A stretch of 64,000 bases of DNA from Callorhinchus milii. Its lineage: Eukaryota. The stretch lies in NCBI RefSeq assembly GCF_018977255.1, contig NW_024704742.1, positions 109,432,001 to 109,496,000 of the forward strand, in the 5' to 3' direction. The position numbers were made by a program, and so were the translations under genes. Under the pieces are notes generated by a model. That model saw only the letters and a list, made by a program, of their open reading frames with translations. It was not told where the DNA came from and searched no databases. Position 1 is the first letter of the stretch, and each line of letters starts with the position of its first letter. Shown in pieces: positions 54,773-64,000 of the stretch.

Positions 54773-54882
54773 GAGACGGAAAGAAAAGGGTTGATAGATA
54801 AATTATATGCCATCCAGGATATCTGTGTAACTGTCCAGAATGGCCTGGATGAAGCCGCTTCTCTTTATGAAAGAGTAAAAAA
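54773..54882 (+). CDS. MCTP1: MCTP1-like internal exon, 110 bp, phase 0/2: ETERKGLIDKLYAIQDICVTVQNGLDEAASLYERVK(N)
   Basis: Acceptor ttctttttatcctcag| and donor AA|gtgagt. Aligns with recalled MCTP1 [37 protein letters not shown]. Confidence 0.93.
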
Positions 54883-55968
54883 GTGAGTCCTGCCACAATG
54901 TTCTTGGCTGTTTCTGTGAGAGCTGCACATTGCTTTCTGAGCTAGACGTAGAAGGCTACATTTTTGGCAGTGAAGACCAATTCAGGATGATGTATTGCCA
55001 GGTCCTGTCATTAGTTACCTCTCCTCACTCCAGCCTTTTACAATGAGGACCTGAACTTCTTATTCCGTTGTAATTCATCTTCCTAAAAACTGACTTAAAA
55101 GCTTATGGCTTTCGAAGTATAAAGTGGATTTGTCCTTTAGTTTCAAGGCAGAGGGCATTTGTGCAATAAACATGTGGAAAGAGACAGGGATTGACACAGT
55201 GTTGATGATTGTTAACAGGAAGTGACCTAAATTATCAAAACAAAATGTGTCGGGGTTAGCAATACTACTTAAATAAAATAATATTTATGAATATGCAGGA
55301 CTTTCCCCCTGCTTTTTCTTTCTGTCTTTATTCAGTACATTTTTAAATATTTTATTGTAGACTGAACGAATCATTCATAGTATTGCTGCTACAAGAAACA
55401 ATAAATAAAAGCAGTGGATAGAATTGTGTTCCATGTTACACCTGGAACACAGTAAAGGACTGAACTGTTATGATCATCTGGAAACACATCATTCCATTTG
55501 AACTGAACAGATAATGTGAAAATGTACCTTCTATTTACTATTTCCCTTATGGTGATCATACAGTTCTCTCATATATGTAATCTTTGAGAAAATGTAGTAT
55601 GTGAAATAGATGGTTTGTTTTAAGGCTGTAATGGATTTATATGTGGATTTCTTAATAGATAATCTCAGGTTAATCTCAATCTCAATAATCTCAAACAATT
55701 AAGAACTCCTTCCAGTGAACAGAAATAAGAACTCTGTTCCATAGGGGAAGGTGACAGAAATTCAGCCTCCAATTAAAAAATATCACAAATAAGACCCAAA
55801 TGTAGCATTAACCCTTAAATGTGCTTATATGAACTGTATTTTTATGCTTATTGTTGGTCACTCTTAAATCTTCATGCACTATTTTAGCATGATTGCTTTG
55901 ATTCATCTTTGTATATAATCTGATTCAAATTCCTTTCATTCACTAACCAGTTTTTTTTTCTGTTAAAG

Positions 55969-56078
55969 TACCTTCAACTGGACTGTTCCATTCCTGAGTT
56001 GGTTGGCCGTATTTGTCCTTACAGTTGGCACCTTACTTATTTATTTCGTTCCACTGAGATATGTTATTCTTATCTGGG
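55969..56078 (+). CDS. MCTP1: MCTP1-like internal exon, 110 bp, phase 2/1: (N)[36 protein letters not shown](G) (transmembrane/PRT_C region)
   Basis: Branch point cactaac at 55941-55947, acceptor tttttttttctgttaaag| and donor G|gtaggt. [13 protein letters not shown]...PLRY..L.WG is the MCTP signature; SWLA is the MCTP1-type form. The AA+T split codon gives Asn in frame with the previous exon. Confidence 0.95.
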
Positions 56079-59000
56079 GTAGGTAATGGCTTTTCTTACA
56101 TTTTATATGCCACCTTTTATGTATTTTATCATAGGATTTATTATGCTGTCAACGGTTGTTGATACCACTGGTAAAGGAGCTGTTTGTTAATTAGTAGCTA
56201 TTACACTAATGCGAACAAGCTCTGAGACTGGAATATTAGAAACAGTAGGTAAATGGGTTTAAATAATGTGTTATTTGGTCTTACTCAAATAAGCAGAGAA
56301 TAATAAAGGAAAAATTTGATGTCTATACTGCTAATCTTTCCAAGTTGTGTCTAACATTGTTTGTAAAAACTTTGTGTATTGGAAATATATTTAAAAAACA
56401 CATTTTTTGTACTGGAATGTATGTTCAGTATATTTCCCATTAATATTATAGTGTCAGTTAGCTGATGCCATATATATCTTTATCATTATGGTCTTTGTTG
56501 TTCTTTCATCATGTAGCACTGTGCCCAAACATTATGCCCCAGTAAGGAAAGTTAAAAATTAAAAGATTGTTTAATAAAGGAAGCACTGCATTATATCCCA
56601 ATAGGTATCTGTAAATTAGAGGGAATAATTAAATATTTTTGGATTTTGCTAATTGTACAAGCTTCACACTTGCATCATCTTTATGATGCCATCAGAATCA
56701 GTCAGTTAATTACCACTTTGTAACTTGCTAACAGCCACCCCTACCACATTTGACTAGGCACAGTTTGAAGGCAAAGCAAATGAGTACTTAGAGCCTGATC
56801 TATGTTCGAAACATCCCAATGCAATTTTAACAGAGAATGCAAGGAAATTGACATACTCCTTGGAGGCAGTCAAGAGGTAATTTTAATCATTTGCGAGTAT
56901 TGTATATTGTGCAACACTCACAAAACCAATTTATTGTTTTGAGGGGAAAAAACTTGCGTTGCATAAGTACAGTAATGGGAAAATTTGAATTTGAAAAATA
57001 ATTGATGTAGCCAAGTTGTACCTGATACATTTAGATCAAAGTTAATTTCAGAAAATGAAACAGTTGCTGTAATAACTAAGCGACAATCTCTTAACAGGTA
57101 TGAACATTATTTTGAATCTGTATGGAAATGTATCTTATTGTTCTGAATATAAGGCGATTTTTTTCCCCCAACATAAACTTCAAATTTGCTATACTTATTC
57201 GCAGGCTAATCAAAACCAATAGAACACTGTTAGAAATCCCCCCCAAAAATTAACATTTGTAAAACTTACGTGCACAAGGTTAAGAGGGATGCGATTTCCT
57301 CAACACTGCGGATCAATAATATGCCAAGTAGCATTTCCCATTTCTTGTGCGTGTAACATACTGTTTTTTTGTCAGTAGTCTGAAAGTAAGCTTTTATTAA
57401 CAGTAAGGTGTTAAACGGGGGGAGGGACTCAGAGTGAGAGAGAGAGAATCTGAGGAACAATGGGAGGCAATCAAACAGAGAGAAAATGACTGGCATTATA
57501 TGATTTCATGTCAGCTATGGAACATATTTTAAAATTGTCAGCTACCAAAATTAGGCAGACATCACTGAATTTAGGGAAATGTTAATGTACCATAACATTG
57601 CTAAAAAAAAGTTCAAAGGTTTTTGACTACTGTATGATTATCAAATTACTCTTTTAACTGAACATTGGACCTTATAAATAAGGTTGTCTTAACAATGCAG
57701 TACTTTTACTTTGCACCTTGGAACGTCCTCCCGACGTGAAAGGTGCTATATAAATGCAAATTGTTGTTTGTTGCTGTTGACTCAGATGCTTCAAATTCTT
57801 TTGCTTACATGCATTTTTACTAAGCACAATCTGCCTCCGTCAACCCTATTATCAAAGGAAGCTGTATAAGGGAGTACTTTCCATTTAAAGTTGAACTAGC
57901 TAGCTATAGAGAGGGAAATGTCTTGAAGTGAAGAAGCTTCACTTTTCTTTAATACCAGGATTCACTGTGACCATTCCTGGACTGCTCTAGTAACATCACT
58001 GATGGGAAGGAACCGTGTGCATTCATCTCGGAGAGGCTCCAACTGAGTTTAACCTTTATAAGGCATTCAGGACACATGCAGCCCTGTGAAAACAAGGTAC
58101 TGGCTGAATGTTGTTGCATTCATCAGTATCAGGCTGATCCAAAGAACCTGATCCGATCTACTCAGTGAAGGTATTCTAAAATACACCCATCTGGCTTTGC
58201 TGTCATCAGCAGTGCCCCAGAACACCATGGACCGCTCAAGAACTGGACTTCCCAGACTGCCACAGAGGCCTGGCTCAACTCTAGCATTCTGTTGCCAAGC
58301 ATGTCACCTTGGAGCCATTTCAGCTCCAAGGAAATCCGCTTACCTCCCCGCTCCCCCCAAGGAGGATAAAACTCCACCTTGTTAGTGATGTCAAGAGTGG
58401 ACTCGGAGGCAGGTTCGCGGTAATAAAATGGAAGAGTTCACTAAAAAGTGAACTATACTTTTATAATTATGTGGTTATCTGTATCTAGAGGACATATGTT
58501 GAACTGAAAATGTTCTTTCTGGACCTTTTATGCATAAAACTTTAACCTTGAGTGACATTTTTATAGAATAAAATAATAGTGCTCCTGGCCTGCACTTAAA
58601 CAGTTGTGGTTAAACTATCTGCCACCAGAGCCCATATTCTACCGATGGATTCTATTTTTTGTGACAGAGGCTTTCTGTTTGGTCAGTGACTGAAAAGGGT
58701 GGTATTTAAACAGGGTTTGACTGTTCGAATCACATGTCTGAAGAAGTTGATGAAATGAACATTATGTAAAATATTATATAGATGTTACTTCTATATCGTT
58801 TATTCATTGAGCCAGCAAATTACTTCAGTTCTCTACAGTATTTTTTTACCTTACTAGCTCAAAACAGGGAGGAGATACTCTATCTCTGGGAAGGAAGAAA
58901 AACAAGCATTCATCTAGCCTTCCTACCGCCTGTGGATTATCATAGAGAGGTATTAGGTGAGAGGGCAAGAGCAGTAACGGCTCTGTCTTTTCTTAGAAGG

Positions 59001-61191
59001 GAATCAGTTTCGAGAAAGAGTTCTCATTCACTATAATTATATATACACTATGTGTAATTCTACCTCTATGCAATTATAAGTAATTGAATGTGCCTTTGTT
59101 TTATGATATTAAGGGCACCAAAACGCAACCTCACGTGAAGGGTGCCATATAAATACAAGTTGTTGTTAATTTGCTTTGCAGTAATACTCTGTCCATGTCT
59201 TCATGTAAGATGAAAAATTGGTACCCTGATTTAAATTGTAGGGCAAAATAAATGGGTTGCTATGTGGGGGTGTAAAGTGCCACATTTTAATGTGATTAGT
59301 ATCACCGGTTTACACAGGTTTACCCTGCGGCAGTATTGACAGTGTCTGGTAAAGGCCTTAAAGGCTGGCAAACGTGGAAAGGAATAAGCCAGGGCTAAGT
59401 TAATTTATAAAATGTAAGTGTTTTTGCCCCAGTTCTTGTACTATATGCTTTGATTATATTTATTTATTTTTACAAGATTCCATTTGGAAAGGTTATTCTA
59501 GACAAAATGATGGCTGTGGCATATTGATACTGTGCAATTGCTTTAGTTGTACCAGGTCAAAGATAACTATATAGTTCGGTAATTGTATGTGAATTTGCTT
59601 TATGATTTGCATTGTTATAATAATATTCTTTGTACTAATAGAAAGTTTTGAACTTGGGTTCAAAGATATTTCCTTCAATCTGATTCTTTACTTAAGCATT
59701 CATTGCAGTTTTGTTGGTGCAAGGGATGAATTGGCGGGGCATGATTTTTCCTTCACTACGAGTTCATCACTTTTTATCACTGTTGCTATAGGGCTTAATC
59801 GTTTGTTACATGGATACTGCCTGTAGCTATATTTAGCATCTTCTGCACAACCAAGCAGGCTGGGCCCTGCAGTTATGTGAACATTTAAATTGCCTTATGT
59901 TTTAATAGCAGATTAATTTGAAGTGTGGCTTGTCTTATCACGTGTTCACCTGATTTACAATTACTCTGGGAGATTAAAGTCACATATAAGCAGAAGATGA
60001 AACAGCCTACAAATGAAAGCAACAGGACCAAACAGGCTTCGATCAGTAAATGAATTAAATTATGCAGATGATTCACATTAAAAGAACTGTTAAAAGCTAT
60101 CACAAGGAATGAACAGTAATTGGGCTCATTTTCTTTAACAATATTTGCATGAAGTTATTTTGTTAAATAACCTGCCTCAGTTTGAAGGAATATAGCTACA
60201 GTGGACAGAAGCCAAAGTGTGCCTGACTGATGTACTTGTTGTAGTGTTAGTTTCAGCAACTGAATTATGATGGCTGATTGACACACAACAGCACATTTTC
60301 TGTCAGCAAGTTCTGTTACAAGTGAAGTTACAAATGGAGACAAATATTTCTTGAATCAGAGTTATTTTCAGTACGCTCATCTTAAATCCAATGACAGATT
60401 TAAAAGACTACAGGAGATATATGCCATATCCCACCTCCTGCTCTGTGATTAAAGTAGCACTAACTTCATAAAAAATATGTTCAATGACCCTTTCCAATTT
60501 GCTTTGGGAGAGACATGAGTCAGAATGGTCATGTTTGTCTCTCATCCCAATATCATGTTCCTCAGTGGGGCTTTTTTGCTGTAATGTAGTGTGTTTGCAA
60601 ATGAAAAAGAAAAAAGCTTTGCCAAACACTTTTTCATGAAGCCTTTAATCATTTATTTTTGTTACGAGCTCAACCAGAGTAAGCTAAATGAGCGACATCC
60701 TCCCTGCTGGACATTAGGGGTCGCTAAGGGTCAACTGTCGTACTGCATGACCTGGTAGTAATCAACCTCCACACACAAAAACACTGAACAAATATTTATA
60801 TTTATCAGTGAATATAGCAATAAACACATTTATTCATTATTAATTAAAAAAAACAGAATTCAGCAGAAGGCTTAATTTTTGACAGATTAAATTCAGTTAT
60901 TGGACACAATAACCACCGCCCTTGGAATAATATCTAGAGCTACGCTTCTGAGCGCTCAATCACATTTCTTTCTTTCCTTTCCTTTTTTTAAAAAAAGTTT
61001 TATTGCATTTGACTTACTTTCGTCTTACTTACTCTTTCATCTTTATTTCCGTCTGGATTTATTATCACTAAAACCTAGCAATCTTTTCACTGTGACTTAG
61101 TGCAGTCAGCATTAGATACATCAATAATAAAAACAGAAGTTGCTGGGATTACACAGCAGGTCAGGCAGCATCTATGGAGAGAGGTAAATGA

Positions 61192-61226
61192 GTCAAAGTT
61201 TCAGGTCGATGACCTTTCGTCAGAAC
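61192..61226 (-). ncRNA. Minimal type-I hammerhead ribozyme motif (core intact, helix III mutated)
   Basis: Minus strand GTT-CTGACGA-A-AGGTC-ATC-GACCT-GAAA-CT-T-T-GAC. Confidence 0.65.
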
Positions 61227-61227
61227 C

Positions 61228-61262
61228 GTTCTGACAAAAGGTCATCGACCTGAAACGTTAAC
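61228..61262 (+). ncRNA. Minimal type-I hammerhead ribozyme motif, G8->A variant (probably inactive)
   Basis: GTT-CTGACAA-A-AGGTC-ATC-GACCT-GAAA-CG-T-T-AAC: stem I GTT/AAC, 5-bp stem II, ACGT palindromic helix III; core reads CUGACAA instead of CUGANGA. Confidence 0.65.
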
Positions 61263-61524
61263 TAACCTGACCCTACTGCATGTTCCCAGCAATTTCTGTT
61301 TTATTTCAGATTTCCAGCATCTGCAGTATTTTGCTTTTTGTTTATTAGATAGATCAGTCTCTTTTAATCTATTTCTCTTGCCTTCTTATTCTCTACTTTC
61401 ATTATCCATCATGTTTTTTTTCACTCTTTCTTTCCTATGGTTGGTATTTATAATTGTTTCTGTTTAATAAATTATTTTTTCCCCACTTCTGCTTCAATTG
61501 ATTGTTATTAGTTATTTGTTAAGA

Positions 61525-61693
61525 TGTCAGCCTGGCTCTTTCCTCTGAGTTAGAAGGTTGTGGGTTTAAGCCCCATATCGAGACTTTGAAATCATAAAAT
61601 ACAGTCACTACACTTTACAGTGAATCCTGCGAAGTGCTTTGAGGCATCCTCCCAATGTGAAACCCCCTTTATGAAATGCAAGTATTATTATTA
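61525..61693 (+). mobile_element. Old DeuSINE-like remnant (head plus tail, interior deleted)
   Basis: tgtcagcctggctct...ctctgagttagaaggttgtggg matches the 12264 end of the minus-strand DeuSINE; followed by the family tail. Confidence 0.6.
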
Positions 61694-62379
61694 CTTTCTA
61701 GCTGTATTTTATTACCATTAATGCTGGTGTTCTCACTGTGTTTGTATTTGTTTATATTGCTTGACTGCTATTTTGCTGCCTTTGTCCTTCTCCACTTCTT
61801 GGATGTGTCCCTATAAATTCCCAGACTTATCCTTTATTTTTCAGACTAATAACAAGGGGAAGGGATTTTTAAATATCAGCTGAACAAGATGCTTTCATTG
61901 ACTTGATATTACGATTGAATGCCTCTATCCTTCTCCATCTCCAACTTTTAATTTCTTGAGGATTTTCATCCTAAATGAAATACACTATATAAGTGTAAAT
62001 TTGTTGTCGGTTTTTCTCTCATCTCCTGGAGATATTCTTGTAACCTCAAAGCTATTCCTCTGTTTAACATCCTGTCCCTATCATTATGATCTCTTGGTTC
62101 TTCCTTCTGTGAATATGGCTCTACTCGACGTCAATTTTAACCTTTACTTGTAATGGTGCTATATTAGATATAAATGTGAATTGAATAATTTGGCAGGAAA
62201 AATCTGATTTTTCGTTAATTACTGTGAGGCAAGCTCATTAAAACATTCGTGAAATTTTTTTTTCGCAAATCTTTTCCTTCGGTAGTTATCAAACATACAA
62301 CATAGTGATATAAATCGCATTGAAACCCCTTATATCACTTGCATGGGATGTCCTCAGGATAGAATACCTCTTTGTGAAG

Positions 62380-62605
62380 GATTCAAACAAGTAATTAGGA
62401 GTAAGGGTAGTAAGTTGGAACTTTTTACATGTAGGTTAATATACTTGTGTAATAAATCAACAGGAAGGTCCATTGAAGCAGAGAAGATAAATGGATTCAA
62501 GAGGGAATATAATGTGTATCTGAACCGTTTAATAGATGGTGAGAAGCCAGGCAACTGCAGTTGTGTACATCAAAAAGGTCCTTGTGGCCCATCCATGCAT
62601 CAGAA
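62380..62605 (+). mobile_element. Degraded CR1-type 3' end
   Basis: gaagcagagaagataaatggattcaagagggaa (EAEKINGFKRE) followed by a CR1-like 3' UTR. Confidence 0.55.
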
Positions 62606-63957
62606 ATTCCTGTTCTTTTTGTTCATCGTTTTCTCACCTCCTCTCCTGGGAGTTCACTGACTCTGACGCAGGCTATGATTCCAGAGGCTCAAAATATTAT
62701 CCATTTGACCATTCTTCATGCCCAGCCTGATTATGTTCCCTGTTCTTACACACTCTCTATGCACATGCACCATTTACAAGTGCAAACGAGAACTTTCATT
62801 TTTATCGAAACTTTTCACATGTAAATGTCTTAAGAGTGCGTTCATTGTGTAAAATGACTATTTTTGTAGGCAACATGGCAGCGATTCTGTACACAACAGC
62901 TTTTGCACAAAGCTATGGTAGGCAGGAAACAATAATTTTAGCATAGGATTTAACTATGATATACTGGGTGGCCTTTCTTTAGCTCAGCCCTATCTTGTTT
63001 CATCAACAACTGACACACCTAAGCAGCTCTTTTTCTATGAAAATGGTTATCTTTAATTTGACATCTCAGTAGTGTTTGACATGATAAGACTGTTATCTAG
63101 GTTTGATGCTGCTGTAAATGTAACTTGAACAGAAAAGGCACATTAGCAGAAAATCTTCAGCACAGTAGTCATGATTGTACCATTAGTACTGTACACATCA
63201 GCTGTCTGCTTCAAAGGAGCATAAATATGATGTGTAGTATTAAAGTTTTGTCTCAATCATAGTATTTTACCTCATTCTGCAGCAAGTAGGACTAAGGCAA
63301 CAGCTCAGAAACCCTTCCGAGCTAATGAGTGTCATTTTACAGCTTGACTGGTGGGAGGTTTGTTACCATGGAGCAAGTCAAATAATGGACTGCTCTTTTT
63401 TACAATTATTTTCTTTGTTGTGAAGGTACCCAATATCCAGCTGTTTAACTCATCACAATAGTAATCTGTGGGTAATCAGGTCTGAGACCAAATTGACCAT
63501 CATTCATAGGACATCGTGGCTGGTCATTCATTCTCAATCAGCTTCAATGGGCCTCTCACAGAGCTGAAAAGATCATGGTCTTTTTTTGCCAAACTGAAGT
63601 ATCAGGTGATCCCAACAATACTGCAATTGTTCTTAATCGTTTTAGAAGATTGCGGCAGCATTTATGCATCACAATTAGAAATATATATATTTTTTAAAAG
63701 ATTAGGGTAAAATATCCAACACACAAATGTATTTCTATCCAAATTTATCCCCAAATTCAAATTCATTGGCTGCTAATCTTTCTTACAGGACCTGTTGGCA
63801 CAGATTAGCTGCTGATTTGCCTGTTTCACTTCCTAATCAATTATACTTCATAAAGCACTTTGCAATGATTATTTATGCAAAAGATACTAAATAGTTATTA
63901 TTAATACATGAGGCTCCACCTCACCCTTTCTGGTTATCCCAGTGATAATAATACTAA

Positions 63958-64000
63958 ATAATAATAATTCTTGCATTTGATATAGCGCCTTATCACATCG
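63958..64000 (-). mobile_element. SINE tail running off the window end
   Basis: ataataataattcttgcatttgatatagcgccttatcacatcg. Confidence 0.8.

Larger units (their letters stand above)
61124..61343. mobile_element. Penelope-like-element-derived palindromic mini-element with two back-to-back minimal hammerhead motifs
   Basis: Inverted arms centred on 61227 (gtttcaggtcgatgacctttcgtcagaac-c-gttctgacaaaaggtcatcgacctgaaac). Flanked by 13-bp direct repeats attagatacatca (61111-61123) and attagatagatca (61344-61356). Confidence 0.8.

Noticed and set aside
58344..58440. Minus-strand exon-like segment (tttttag|...GAG|gtaagc)
   Set aside because: Plausible splice sites, but no recognisable peptide and no partner exons; cannot be supported without RNA data.
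1..64000. CRISPR arrays, operons or other prokaryotic systems; further MCTP exons (SCFDWDS and INKFTKKLR types)
   Set aside because: The sequence is eukaryotic intron with no regularly spaced repeats. The flanking exons were looked for by eye and not found; they probably lie outside the window.

Overview
AT-rich vertebrate DNA, about 99% intronic. The repeat content (tRNA-Ala-headed SINE with a DeuSINE-type 3' half, L2/CR1 fragments, shark-type Penelope-derived palindromes) suggests a cartilaginous fish, possibly a holocephalan such as Callorhinchus; this is inference. The window lies inside an MCTP-family gene (multiple C2 and transmembrane domain protein, closest to MCTP1). Four + strand coding exons (17481-17600, 31057-31116, 54773-54882, 55969-56078) splice in frame and encode the C-terminal transmembrane region; flanking exons were not found in the window. 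None of the supplied ORFs looks like an independent gene. Main observations: (1) minimal type-I hammerhead ribozyme motifs in Penelope-derived mini-elements, including a 220-bp TSD-flanked back-to-back double hammerhead at 61124-61343; (2) a SINE copied together with about 230 bp of its 5' flank (20146 and 46032); (3) a 116-bp, 96%-identical inverted repeat at 39569-40304; (4) a family of palindromic MITE-like elements; (5) protein changes at positions shared by MCTP1 and MCTP2, hinting at a distinct paralog. Family names and human sequences are recalled from memory, not from a search.
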